Of a stretch of 64,000 nucleotides of DNA, positions 1-13,523 are shown one piece after another. Origin of the DNA: Octopus vulgaris (taxonomy: Eukaryota); contig OX597823.1 of assembly GCA_951406725.2 (NCBI GenBank), forward strand, positions 9,796,001 to 9,860,000, in the 5' to 3' direction. The notes beneath the pieces are model-generated. The model was given only the letters and a program-made list of their open reading frames with translations, did no database searches and had not been told where the DNA came from. The position numbers were made by a program, and so were the translations under genes. The stretch's first letter is position 1; each line of letters begins with the position of its first letter.

Positions 1-757
1 AATAGGTATTTCGTCTGCCGTTACGTTCAGAGTTCAAATTCCGCCGAGATCGACTTTGCCTTTCATCCTTTCGGAAGTCGATTAAATAAGTACCAGTTAT
101 GCACTGAGGTCCATATAATCGACTTAATCCGTTTGTCTGTCCTTGTTTGTCCTCTCTGTGTTTGGCTCCTTGTGGGTAGTAAAGAAATAGGTATTTCATT
201 TGCCGCTACGTTCTGAGTTCAAATTCCGCCGTGGTTGACTTTGCCTTTCATCCTTTCGGGAGTCGATTAAATAAGTACCAGTTATGCACCGAGGTTCATA
301 TAATCGACTTAATCCGTTTGTCTGTCCTTGTTTGTCCTCTGTGTGTTTAACTCCTTGTGGGTAGTAAAGAAATAGAAATAGGTATTTAATCTGCCGTTAC
401 GTTCTTAGTTCAAATTAGTCTGAGGTTGACTTTACCTTTTATCCTTTCGAGGTCGATTAAATAAGTAGCAATTACACACTGGGCTCGATGTAATCAACTT
501 AATCCGTTTGTCTGTCATTGTTTGTCCCCTCTGTGTTTAGCTTCTTGTGGGTAGTAAAGAAATAGCTATTTCGTCTCCCGCTACGTTCTGAGTTGAAATT
601 CCGCCGAGGAGGTCTACTTTGCCGTTCATTCTTTCGGGGTCGAGAAATAAAGTGCCAGTTACGCACTGGGGTCGGTGTAATCGACTCAATCCCTTTTTTC
701 TGTCCTTGTTTGTCCCCTGTATGTGTAGCCCCTTGTGCGCAATAAAGAAATAAGAAT
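1..757 (+). mobile_element. SINE family C, tandem multimer of 4 ~185-bp units (5' part outside window)
   Basis: Units restart at AATAG(G/C)TATT at about 1, 187, 377 and 561. Each has a B-box-like GTTCAAATTCC and core GTCGACTTTGCCTTTCATCCTTTCGGGGTCG. The last unit ends TAGCCCCTTGTGCGCAATAAAGAAATAAG. Confidence 0.85.
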
Positions 758-842
758 ACAAATCACGATGACTCAATTTTATTGTGAGAAATTATCCATC
801 ACATATCAAACGTCTGGTTGGCATAGCTTGTTAAAAACCTAG

Positions 843-1155
<313 letters not shown>

Positions 1156-2055
1156 CGAATATTTTTTAATTTTAATTCCCTATTCCTATTCAGAAAAACA
1201 TGTTTCAAAAGATTATATGAGAGCTATATACGCATATAGATTATAAACATACAGATATGTTGTATACGTTCAGCGGATATTAATACTGTCTTGCTTCTTT
1301 ATTTATCTCCCACTTTTTGGCTCATTCATGTGTCAGTCTTTGAGAAAATGTATGTATGAGCTATGCTTATGTCTTTAAGGGAAATATTTTCACTTCGTAT
1401 TGATCCGTCCCTTTTCACATAATTCTTTTTAGAGTAAATATTGAAAATCCTGTTAACATCTACAACAACACTCTTATGTCTTCGTTAATAAAACAGCAAG
1501 GTATAGAATTGTATAATATTCTCACTATCAAATCCTGGTTTTACAGCAAATTGTCAACTATCTGCATATTTCATAACGCCTCAGGCGTCTAGACATTCTG
1601 TTTGCCCCTTATTAAAGAGAGCTTGTAAATAAGTATCTTTTCCCATCGTATTTTTCCTTTCTCAGTTAAACTTAATATATCAATAAGCATCACTTGTAGG
1701 TAATCCTGGTACATGAGCAAAAGCCACTTTCTATGCTTTACACAGCGTAATGTTGTTTTATTGTCATATGTATGTTTATTTTCCATATTTTCTTTCTTTT
1801 ATGGAACAGAATGAAAATGAATGAAGACTTGCTGTTAAAAATTTCAACATAGGCAAATTTTCGTGTTGATCGAATAAAGGAGCAATATGGTTTATACGAC
1901 CAGAGTTAATAATTTCTTCAAGCAATGCAATTTTGCTACCGGAAGGGTGGCAGCTTAATGTTTGTAGGGCTGTTCTTCAGTACCGGCTTGCAGACAGCAT
2001 GTTCCAGAGTGAAATAGCTGTTATTGCTCAGAGAAAAATTCTATTATACATATAT

Positions 2056-2152
<97 letters not shown>

Positions 2153-2294
2153 TGCATGTATGCATGTACGTATAAAGAAAATTAAGAAAATGGAGATATA
2201 GCATTTAATAAATCATTGTATTAGGCAAAATCTCATCAAATATTAGGTAATGAACCAGGATTCCATTGGATATCATTGTTCCTTAACGAGTAAC

Positions 2295-2360
<66 letters not shown>

Positions 2361-3276
2361 TGTGTGTGTATATGTATCTCTCTCTTTATATATATATATA
2401 TGTATATATTTATATATATAAATATTCAGGAATATTCAAATATGAACTCCTGAAAATTTATATATATATATATATATATATATTATTTCTAAATCCCTCT
2501 GTATGTATAAATACATTCACATACAGACAGGCTTATATATTCTGAGCGTATATATGTGAGTGTGTATATCTGTGTGCGTGCATGTGTGTGTGTATATGTA
2601 TATATATACTGTTATTTTTGTTAATTTTGCTTTAGAATAATAACCATATTTCAATATTATCAATTTTCTGCAAAATGTTTCAGAATGTATGAGAAATAAG
2701 TTATTTAATTGCTTATGTAAATTTGAGAAAAAAAATGCGAGAACACAAATGCAGAAAAGGAAGGATGTGAAAATATTCGAGGAAGAAATTTAGAAAAATG
2801 TGGAAGGAAGATACGGAAATGCAACCATTAAGCTTAGATAAATGCAAAGTGCCCAATTGAAGCTATGAAAGTTTAACTAAATAGAAGAAAAAACAAACGA
2901 ATAGACTAAAATAATGAAATCAAAATTGCTCCATAGCTTTATTTTGAAGAAAAGCGACCATTGCATACTCCAGATATTAACTTTAATTCTAAGAGTGAAT
3001 CAGATTTTATTGGAATATACAGATGTTAATTTCCCCCATAGTATTACACGTGTATATCCGTGAAGTATATATATCTAATATCGTGAGTTTATAGTTTGAA
3101 TCAACTGCATTTTTGAATTTGAATAATATATTTTTGTTAAACTAAACTAAACGCCATCATGTAGTCATGTAGTTGTTGGTAAGTATGCAGCATTGTACAG
3201 TCTGCAGTTTGTAGGAGTACGGTTAGTTTGTTGAAATATATAAAATTCTTGTAATATTATTCGAAATAGGCTTTCT

Positions 3277-3600
3277 CCTATAAATCCTTAAATCCTTAAA
3301 AATGTTTTAGCCCGAAGGCCGCGGCCATGCTGGGGCACCACTGCTGAATGAGCTACACTAATATGTGAATCCACCTCTGATACGTGGCACTTGATCAACA
3401 AGGGAGTTCGATGCTGCTGCCCGCATCTGCGTCTCCTGTCGTGAGGTAGGTTCATCTGGGACTCCCGACAAGAAGAGATCCAGTTTAGTTTTAAAGAAAC
3501 CCACATCCACACCATGAAAGTCTCTTAGGCATTTAGGGGGGATGTTAAAGAGCTGTGGTCCTTTGAAACCGAAGCTGTTGCAGTATCTGGTCCTGTATGT
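3277..3600 (-). mobile_element. 5'-truncated LINE 3' end (CR1/Jockey-group-like ORF2 C-terminus plus tail)
   Basis: Translates YCNSFGFKGPQLFNIPPKCLRD...FKTKLDLFLSGVPDEP...AAASNSLVDQV. The 3' UTR GGTGCCCCAGCATGGCCGCGGCCTTCGGGCT ends in a short (TAAGGATT)n tail. Confidence 0.75.
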
Positions 3601-4311
3601 AAAACAAACATAAATAATTGTAGTCAGTGGGTAACTGAGAAAGAAAACTTTCGTACATAGTTGCAATCATTGAAAATCTACTACGGAAAATATAATAGAA
3701 AATATTATAAACACACTCATTTCCGTAACGTTGTTATAGTTTGTAACATTGCTGAAGATGTTTGAATAGATATATTAAGGGTGTAGGCCGTAATGAGTAT
3801 AGTGAAAATTAATTAATGTAACGGGCTGAAAACTTGCATGATACAAAGGCAGCTGTCGGTTACACAGCTACACACACATTCACGAAACACAAATATAAAC
3901 CTATGCCTGTATGAACTCCGAGACTCATACACACACATACACACACGCAGGCACACATACACACACGCAGGCACACATACACACACACACATTTATTTAA
4001 GAGCCAATCCCAGGAAGCTAAGTAAATCGTGAGAGAATGTTCGTTTCGTAGGATGTAAGGAAATATAAAAATGAAAGCGTATTCGTGACAACTGTTTGTG
4101 AAAATGAAATCAAGTGAAAATTTGTTGATATATGATAATACTATATGTAAATAGACATAATTAGAAGAAACTTATGTGTCAGGAATCGTTAAAATACTAA
4201 AGTTTATGACGTAAGACGTATGCGAAAGTATGACAGTTTTGCATAAATTACTGTTTTTCTTGAGATGCATTACTAGAATATCATATACATAAAAACAGGT
4301 ATCTTCATAAA

Positions 4312-5150
4312 AGCAGGTATCTCTCGCTCACTCTCCCTCAGACACAAACACAAACACACACACACACACACATACACACACACAAACACACACACACACA
4401 TACATACGTGTATGTTTTTTGCGTGTGTGTGTGTGTCTGTGTGTTTTAGTGTATTAGTGTGTGTAAGAGAGGTGAGTGCCCGCGCGCGAATTTATGCGTC
4501 GTGCGCATAAAGTCAATTACCGAGTTTCAAATTAAATCGTTTGTGTCGTTATGGTTACATATGAAGAATTCTGAATATTCTTTAGCTTAAGTTCGTGTAG
4601 CTAGTGTTGTTGTGCATTTATATTTTAAGCTGGTAAAACAATTCATATGGGCCCTATAGCGAGGCTCGAAATTCTATGTAAACTCTTACCCTATGTGTGG
4701 CATCTGTCTCTACACAGCACTTATAAACTACATTTCTGCGTAGATAGGATCCAGCAAGTGGGCATGAGTCCGGGATGCGACAATTACATGTTTTTCTTCT
4801 TGTTTCAGCATTAATCTTCCGTTTAACTGTCAGATCCACCTCAACTTGTAGGGGATGTACTGGTGTATCATCTTTATTAGAATTAGTATGGGCTTTGTGT
4901 TATGGGGTGTAATACAAGGAGTTGAGTAGGTAGACGTCTTAAATCTAAGTTTGGATCTATCAATGGAGGTTAAGATCGATCCTAAATTTGTTGTAGTGGA
5001 ATACGAGAGTTTCAGAGACGACTTTTTTGAAGATAGGATACTATTTATGATATTTTGGGAAATTTTCTTTCAAAAATTTGAAGAATACTTCTGGTACTGA
5101 TCTTCCTGCTAACATTAACTCGTTATGACAGTAAATGAGATGTGAATCCT
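4312..5150 (-). mobile_element. Degenerate Penelope-like element (Naiad-type): RT C-terminus plus GIY-YIG endonuclease
   Basis: Minus-strand peptides SLKLSYSTTTNLGSI, KTCNCRIPDSCPLAGSYLRRNVVYKCCV...VYI and FEPRYRAHMNCF...YKCTTTLA match the PLE pattern CNCR-CPL-VVY-YIG-FK.R..H..SF. Frameshifted. Confidence 0.75.
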
Positions 5151-5574
5151 TAACTAATATATTCTTCCTGATGAAAGAGGCTGTGTCTAAAATTTGGATA
5201 GGAATATCCCTTATTTGTATGGATTATTGAAACGGCCGTCGGATTATTACAATTTAATTCTTGAAATTCGAGTACCACCATCTAATTATTGGAAACTTCA
5301 AATTCCATCTGGATGCTTAAACATTTCTGTTTCACATTTTTGCGAGGATTTACACTTTTATTTTATTTTATTTTTTAGTATATGTTTTGATATATTTTTT
5401 AAATATCTTTTTAACAAGGCACCCAACCTTTAAGGAGGAGGGTGTCTTCAATATACCTTTCAAAATTCAATATATATATATTGTATGTATGCATGTATGT
5501 ATGTATGCATGTATGTATGTATGCATGTATGTATGTATTCATGCATGTATGCATGTATGTATGTATGTATGTAT

Positions 5575-5788
5575 GCATTTTTGTGTGTGTTTGACCGTCA
5601 ACATCGCTTCAAAGCCGATGCTGGTGTGTTTACGTTCCCGTAACTTAGCGGTTCGGCAAGAGGGACCGATAAAACAAGTACTAGGCTTACAAAGAATAAG
5701 TCCTGGGTTTTATTTACTTGATTAAAGGCGGTGCTCTAGCATGGCTGCAGTCAAATGACTGAAACAAATAAAAGAATAAAAGAATAAA
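5575..5788 (+). mobile_element. SINE family B, 3' half
   Basis: CCGATGCTGGTGTGTTTACG...GGCGGTGCTCTAGCATGGCTGCAGTCAAATGACTGAAAC followed by a (TAAAAGAA)n tail. Confidence 0.8.
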
Positions 5789-5813
5789 TGAATCGGAAAG
5801 TAACAATTAAATA

Positions 5814-6204
5814 TCTTTATATATAAAAGAGAGGTTGTGTGTCTGTCTCCTACAATTTAGATTCCTAACTACTCCCACATTTTGCGGTGCAGTTTAACCA
5901 AAACCGGGTATCTTATAGTCGTGATTCATATCGAGCTCTTCTGGGTATTAGCGCGCGTCTACCATGAGTCTACGATTTAAAAAAAATTTACCATCAATTT
6001 TTCCCATTTTTAAAGCATTTTTGGCATGTATAAGGGAAGTAACTCTCTAAAAATTTATTAAATCTCAGAACGTAACAAGCTACAGTAACACCACCCCCCT
6101 TTGTGTTTAGCCATATTGAGATGGCTATTATACTTTACATCTCTAAAAATGCTTATATAGTTATTTCCCTTACAAACCCGAGCAACGCCGGGCGATACTG
6201 CTAG
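5814..6204 (+). mobile_element. Non-autonomous Helitron
   Basis: 5' TC, 3' CTAG, subterminal hairpin CCCGAGCAACGCCGGG, inserted between A and T with no TSD. A second copy is at 57254-57549. Confidence 0.85.
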
Positions 6205-6543
6205 TTTATTCTAAAACAATTCTTACGGAAGTGCCGATATTTGTTTCATTCATATGCAAGTAAATTTTTCATTTGCTTGCTAATTTATCAATCGCCAGCA
6301 TATATAGCACATATATTAATACATGGGTACTCATAGAAGGACATAAGCCCCAAACATAAACTTAGAAGAAGCGCACTTGATGCAATGTGCCAACTTTAAT
6401 ACATGGAAACACTTTCAATCAGACACACAAACACTGTATATATACGCTAAATCTTCAGTACATTCGTATCATAAACACTCGCAGCGATACACATACATTT
6501 ATGCATACATATATATGCATATACATATATATATGTGTGTGTG

Positions 6544-6604
<61 letters not shown>

Positions 6605-6668
6605 GCGTGTGTGTGCGTGTGTGTGTTTGTGTGTGTAATGTACCCATGTGTATATGTATGTATATATA

Positions 6669-7222
6669 TTGGGCTGTCCGAAGAGTTCGTGCCGATTTTT
6701 AAAGGAAAGAAAAAGGTCAATAAATACTTGCCGTTACATTTTTAATCAACCAAATATGAACCATTTTGTTGCACAATGTATCTCCATCTTTCCTTTAATT
6801 TGAAAAAAACCTCTTCCCAGAATTGAGGTGCTTTCATGGCAAAGAATTCATCAAGGTATCTTTTTACTTCATCCAAGGAAATGAAATTTTTACCATTAAG
6901 AGACCTGAATAAGTGGAAAACCAAAAGAGCAATATTTGGTGAATATGGAGGGTGGGGTAGCACATCCCAGCCGAGCTGCAGCAAGTTTTGCCTGGTTCCC
7001 AAATCATCAAGTTCCGAAAATGAACTTTCTTATGTTCCATTTTAAAGTTTTACAGAATTAACACAGGTTATAGGAACATAAACCTTCTTCCACAAAAAGA
7101 TAGCTTAAACTGTGTTCTAAATGGAGGTGTAGTCAAATCCTATTTTATGGACTCAACCATGTTCTAAAATAAGACGAAAGGTAAACTACTATAAATCGGC
7201 ACGAACTTTTCGGACAAGCCAA
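6669..7222 (-). mobile_element. Internally deleted mariner transposon
   Basis: ~30-bp TIRs TTGGGCTGTCCGAAGAGTTCGTGCCGATTT / AAATCGGCACGAACTTTTCGGACAAGCCAA with TA on the left. Transposase C-terminus GWDVLPHPPYSPNIALLVFHLFRSL (6742-7002). Confidence 0.9.
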
Positions 7223-7252
7223 TGCATATATAACTATATATTAGATTATATA

Positions 7253-7320
<68 letters not shown>

Positions 7321-7733
7321 AACATACGTACATATTCACACATATATATGAATTATTGTGAGTGTTATTCATGCAAAATTCACACACGCGCACGCACACA
7401 GAGACACACACACGTACATACACACGCACACACATATACTTACACACACGTACGCACCCCCCTTGCACACGCACACCATCGCCACCCACATGGAAATACA
7501 TGGTCCTCTTGATAATTTAATCGTCAGCATTAGCGCTTCTCTTACAGTAAGTAGTATTGCGCATGGTCGATGACTGGTATATCTTATCCCGTTTATGACA
7601 CTGATTTATTGTGCTACAGTCAAGAGGTTCCATGTATCATGCGATACGTATACTGGACAAATTTTCGACAAATTCAGATTGTATAGCTATGAAGAACAAC
7701 AAAAGCAATCACGACGATAACAACGACAACAGC

Positions 7734-7832
<99 letters not shown>

Positions 7833-7851
7833 TATAATAATAATAGTAATG

Positions 7852-7885
<34 letters not shown>

Positions 7886-7886
<1 letters not shown>

Positions 7887-8158
7887 CTACGCAAAATACT
7901 CTCTATGTAATCTCAAGCCTACGCAAAATACTCTCTATGTAATCTCAAGGTTTTAAACAAACATAATTTTCGGTTTAAAAAAAAAAAAAAAAAAAACCTT
8001 TTTTTTTTCTTTTTAGACATTCATTATACAACATCCCCACCCCCAAATATATGGCACACTAGGCATAACAACAACATGAACTTCAACCCTGTTGTCTCTT
8101 GAGGTCTCTGGGTGAGACTTGGAGCCAACTTGTACAAATATAAAAAAAGTCAAACATA
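7886..8158 (+). mobile_element. R4/Dong-type LINE extreme 3' end inside an (AAT)n array
   Basis: Encodes LRKILSM*, matching LRRALSM* of the 32313 ORF. The 3' UTR matches 51857-52094. There is a 32-bp tandem duplication at 7886-7949 and (AAT)n on both sides. Confidence 0.75.
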
Positions 8159-8196
<38 letters not shown>

Positions 8197-8842
8197 TGAT
8201 GATGATGATGATAATAATAATAGTAATAATAATAATAATAATGATGATGATGATGATGATGATAATAATAATAGTAATAATAATAATAATGATGTTGATG
8301 ATGATGATAATAATAATAATAATAATAATAATAATATTCTACATCATGAGTATTGATAATATATTTATATTATGGTTTGTTTAATTCATTGGTTTCACGG
8401 CATTCTTCGCTATAGAACCAAATGTGTTTCAGGTGTCTTATAGTATTGCTGTCTTTTGTTCCAGGGGTCAGTATTTATGTTATATATTATAATCAATCAT
8501 TGTTCGATCCTTTGCTTGGTTTATAGGATTGTTTACTTATACCGTGCATTGTGTATTTATTGAATGAAAAGAGAAACCTTGTTATACCAAGTATCGCATT
8601 TGTTGCAATATGCAAAAGGATAATATCTGAAGATTCCTCTATATTATTCTACACCAATATTATGATTAATTTTATTATCACTGATCTGGTATCTATGAAG
8701 AAATCTGGTTTACACCGTGGAGATCAAATAGAATGAAATAATTTCGCAGTTGACTCCCATGCTTGTCAACATTAGATTAAATATGTATTAGTGTTTGAGT
8801 TAAAGGATTCTGTCTTCATTACAAAAGTATTTTTAATTGATT

Positions 8843-9231
8843 GTGGAGGCGCAATGGCCCAGTGGTTAGGGCAGCGGACTCGCGGTCATAGGATCGTGGT
8901 TTCGATTCCCAGACCGGGCGTTGTGAGTGTTTATTGAACGAAAACACCTAAAAGCTCCACGAGGCTCCGGCAGGGGATGGTGGTGATCCCTGCCGTACTC
9001 TTTCACCACAACTTTCTCTCACTCTTACTTCCTGTTTCTGTTGTACCTGTATTTCAAAGGGCCGGCCTTGTCACTCTCTGTGTCACGCTGAATATCCCCG
9101 AGAACTACGTTAAGGGTACACGTGTCTGTGGAGTGCTCAGCCACTTACACGTTAATTTCACGAGCAGGCTGTTCCGTTGATTCGGATCAACCGGAACCCT
9201 CATCGTCGTAACCGACGGAGTGCTAGAGAGA
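8843..9231 (+). mobile_element. SINE family A, full length, tRNA-derived head (possibly the octopus OR type)
   Basis: A box TGGCCCAGTGG, B-box-like GTTTCGATTCC. 14-bp TSD ATTTTTAATTGATT at 8829-8842 and 9232-9245. Confidence 0.9.
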
Positions 9232-11624
9232 ATTTTTAATTGATTATTGTTTTTCCATCATTGCATTCAATATACAGCTTTACTGTCACTTTTCGTATGG
9301 ATGGAACCCGTAATCGATTTTTCGCAACTATTGTATAAAACTCATTGTTTAAAACTTCCGTTATTTCATCCTACTTTTAATATTGTTTTTCTTGTCTGGA
9401 TAGTTTCTACCTTAGCGGAATTGTCAAAGTATCAGACAATGCCTCGCTGTGTTCGTTCCACTACTTTACCTCCTCAGTGTAAATTCTACCGAAGTCAGCT
9501 TACATTTTATCGTTTCAGAGTTAACAGCGTTTGTATAACAGAAATATTTCTGACCCTCAAAAACTGATGCTGCATATGTAAATTTGAAACAACGTTTATA
9601 ACAGGTTTGTATATTCATTGTTAATAGTTATATTGAAGGGTCTTTTGACTGAATATAGAGACGCGTGTTCAGTTCAGCCTGTCGTAGCACATAATATTGT
9701 TTTCTAATAAGGGAACTACGGAATCACGAAGAGCAGTGTGACCTCGGTAAAATTTGAAATCAGAAACTACAAGACTCAATCTTAACTCTTCAGGCGATTT
9801 TCTTCGATATTCAGTCAACTAATCAACCGAATTCTTCTGGTCGACCTTGCTTGAAATGCCCGGCTTTTTTGCACCAACTTTCATGAATCCATTTATCTTA
9901 AAGAGTTAAACAGGACGTCAACTGTGTTCAGATCGTGGTGATCGATGAAGGTCTTTGCTGGGTAGAAGACACATGAGTTTCCATAGTAGAATGCATGTTC
10001 GAATGTATCACTAATGAGTTCTTGCTTAAATCTCCAGTAAGGTTTTGTAAGATATGTGTGTCTCGTTGAAATAACATCAATGATTGCAAAATGACTTCCA
10101 AGAGGTATTCAGGATGACTTGCAGTATCCATATGAAAGTAATGTGTTGTTTTCCCTACAAGTGTTTGTGAATGCCCACTCGGTGGAAATCTTTTATACCA
10201 CAGCTTCAATTGTTGCATGGGGTTCAAGCTAATACAAAAAAAAACACCAAAACACAATTCATTCTCTACTAATATTTTTTATTATTTTTCGGTGGATGTG
10301 ATGAAACTTTCAAAGTACACAAGGGTTTCTACAGCTTTTTAGATGATTTTGTTGAAATTTGATCAATTAAAACTCTTGATAGTAACAAGTATTTTCAGTT
10401 TTAAGCACTTACAGATAAAATAAATTCTTCATGTTTTGAATGTTGTTGTGGGGCAGGATAGTAGCTTCTGAGAAAGTGTTTGCGAAGTATACACTAATCT
10501 CAGCATAATCTATGACTATTTTTGTTGTGAATGGTTAGTGTGAAGCGAAATTTGAAGACATTATCAACTAAAGTGTGAAGGACATAGCTCTGGCAGATGA
10601 TAAATAAGGATAGTAAAAATTATTACTTTGCAAGTCGCTGTATTAATCTCGACGTTGTGTTATTGCGTGGCATTATTACTTGCTGGAAGCAAGGTGTAGA
10701 GTTGGCAGTCGGAAATATGCCTTCCGGAACTTCTTCTGTCTTCTAATGTTCTGACTTAAATATCAGAAAGGTCTACTTTATTCGTCATTCATTTGGCGTC
10801 CATGAAGTAAAGTACCTGTCAAGTTCTCAGATCGATAGTATTAACTATTAATAATTACCATTCTCTAAAACAGATGGCTTCGTGCCTAAATTATTATTAC
10901 ATCCAGAAATTATTATTACTGCTGGGAGTAATTCTTCTGGTACATCTTATTTAAAATCAGCATTTTCCCTTTTGTTCAATGAGTGAAAAGCTCTTGGAAA
11001 GTCAATAAACAGTACAGCTGGTAATAGATGAGCTTTTACTAACTTCGTACACGACCGATTTTCGTTAGACTCAAATTTCGTTCCGTCCTAAGACCTACTA
11101 GAGCTTTGCCTGCATATTTCCAGGAATGATTTATTGTAGCTTTTTTCTGCAATCCTTGTAACTGTAATCTCTCCGTACTTCATAATCTACTTCTAAATCG
11201 CCTTTCTTAGGAAAGTCTAATTCTTAACCGGGTTTTGATTGTATACTGGACTGTAAAATTGAAGAAAAGTATCATTAATTGCCTTTGACTTTCGGATTTC
11301 TGGTGAGATATTATCAAGGTCAGCTTATTTAATATGTTTTGGGATTGTTTGTACTTCAGGAAATTCATATAATGTGAAATCATAATTACAGGATTATATT
11401 TAGCACCAGCTTCTACGATTCTATCTGAAACTATTTTAGATTACTCTGAATTTCTGGAAATGGTCCTTTCCTTCGTCCCTGGAGGTTTATTGTTTTCTTA
11501 TCAATTAATTCTCACATCTCCTTCCTTGGATTACCAAGCCAAAGACGACTGCCTGTTTGCCGCTTCATGCACAGCCATCTCTATTTTGCTTTCAGTATAT
11601 TTTGGCTGCTTGATTTAATAAATA

Positions 11625-12875
11625 TTAGGTCGTCAAGTATGAAATTTGTAGAAGAGAAAAAAGTTTGCTGATGTTTTATAAATACAAGGAATAGTTTTAT
11701 TCTTCAAAGTATGCATCCATATTGTCAATACACTTTTGCCATTTCAGCGGTAGTTTGTCCAGCCCGGAACTGTAAATGCCTAGCAATCTAGAGTCAAGAA
11801 AATCTTGGCAGGCCTGTTATACAGCATTGTCGGAATTAATTATTTTTTCCTATCAAAAAGTTATCCAAATTCTGGAAGAACTTGTTTTCAGTGGGGTCAA
11901 TATGATGTGAGTATGATGGATGATGGAGAACTTACAACTCCACTCCCTGTAGTTTTGCCAATGTCATCTTTGCGAGGTGTGGTCTGGAATTGTCTTGCAA
12001 TAAAATAGGAGTGGATCTGTTGACTAATCTAGGCTGCTTTTTGTAAGTTTCTGCATCATTTTGTCCAATTGGCTGCAGTATACTTCGGCCGTGATTGATG
12101 AACCGGGTTTAATGATATCATAATTGATCACACCTGCTCCAGACCACCAAATACACAGCATCAGCTTATTTTGACGAATTTTACTTTTTGGACTGTGTTT
12201 TGGTGGATCGTCTTTTTCCAGTCATTGTGCTGAACGTTTACTGTTGTTGTATTGGATCCATTTCTCCTCACATATCACAATTCCATTAAAAAAATTATCC
12301 ATTTTTGTAACGAGAAAGTAGCATAATACAGGTTTCCAAACGTTGCTGTTTCTGATTGTTCATTGAATACACGTGGAACCCATTTATCCAACGTTTTCAC
12401 TTTACCGATTTGAGCTGGGTAAGGCAATATTGTTTTCTTGCCAACACAAAAGAACGATAATTCACGGGCACTTTGAGATGGATCTAACTCGACGGTGGCT
12501 TTCAGTTCGTCATTATCCACCTTTGTTTCTGGTCGACCGCGTTGCTCATTTGTGAGGTCAATGTTACCAGAACGAAATTTTGTAAACCAATTTGATACTG
12601 TCTGCTGTATAATAACATTAGAACGAAATACTGCATTAATATTCTGGGCTTTCTGTGATGCTCTATTTTCAAGAAACTGTGCGAATTTCCGACTTATACA
12701 ACTCTAAACAAAAATAGCAAATACGATTTATAAATACTTTACAAAGCACAAAATAAATTAGAATAGAGAAATAGATGCGTCAGCCTTCTAACAATAAATA
12801 TAATAATAGTGCAAAATGAGCAGCTGTCAAATTTTAACATATAACTTACTACAAATTTCATACTTGACGCCCTAA
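11625..12875 (-). mobile_element. Full-length but decayed mariner transposon
   Basis: TIRs TTAGGTCGTCAAGTATGAAATTTGTAG / CTACAAATTTCATACTTGACGCCCTAA with TA TSD, about 1.25 kb. Fragments GRP...DNDELKA...KTLDKWVPR and an HPxYS-like motif near 11900-11925. Multiple stops and frameshifts. Confidence 0.9.
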
Positions 12876-12883
12876 TATATAAT

Positions 12884-12941
12884 ACTTTACTGAACTCCAT
12901 GTGGAGTTGCTTAAGCAACTCCACATGGAGTTCAGTAAAGT
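12884..12941. repeat. Perfect 58-bp loopless palindrome
   Basis: ACTTTACTGAACTCCATGTGGAGTTGCTT|AAGCAACTCCACATGGAGTTCAGTAAAGT. Confidence 0.95.
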
Positions 12942-13273
12942 TTGGTTGACTTATATTTATGGAAGTCTTAAACTGAAAGTGATTCTTATAATTCCTATAC
13001 ACTCTTGTGAGAATCGATGCCTGACGCTAATACTGATGGGTAGTCATTATTATGCTGCCTATTGGTATGAGTTCCTAAAATTGTTTTTATGTTGTATTTG
13101 GTTAGTTCGTTCCGTTTGTGACTTGAAATCCGAAAATCTTTATTAGAAACTTTATTTTAATAATCTTTAAGAAAAAATCGCGTGTTGCTCGTCTTAACTT
13201 TTCCTTCAGTTACGTGAGGCTTGACATTTTAACATACCATCTTAAAAAAAATGACTGACATCTGTGATCATGC

Positions 13274-13523
13274 ATTCCAACGTATGATATACTCATAAAT
13301 GGGTGAAATAATTACATTTGACCATACGTATTATTAAGTTTCAACAGTGAGCTAAAAACCCGCATGGGCAATAAGTTACAAGATCTTTAGCGATTTCTCA
13401 CAATCGCTAAAGATCTTGTAACTTATTGCCCATGCGGGTTTTTAGCTCACTGTTGAAACTTAATAATACGTATGGTCAAATGTAATTATTTCACCCATTT
13501 ATGAGTATATCATACGTTGGAAT
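13274..13523. repeat. Perfect inverted repeat, 122-bp arms, 6-nt loop
   Basis: 13274-13395 is the exact reverse complement of 13402-13523. A further 20-bp match links 13226-13245 and 13523-13542. Confidence 0.95.

Noticed and set aside
1400-2030. Coding-like stretch on the minus strand, possibly a host exon or DNA-transposon relic
   Set aside because: Multiple stops and frameshifts, and no motif or splice structure I can support.
4220-4285. Hairpin with hammerhead-like spacing on the minus strand
   Set aside because: Both core boxes are mutated (CTAGTAA, AAAA), too degenerate to call.
8977-9180. Recurrent 67-aa ORF MVVIPAVLFHHNF... (also at 26.7, 36.6 and 56.4 kb)
   Set aside because: Incidental frame in near-identical SINE A copies, with no domain or coding signature.
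9640-10330. Possible Tc1-like transposase relic (GRP-, FQ- and LNP-like words on the minus strand)
   Set aside because: Motif order is inconsistent and no TIRs were found.
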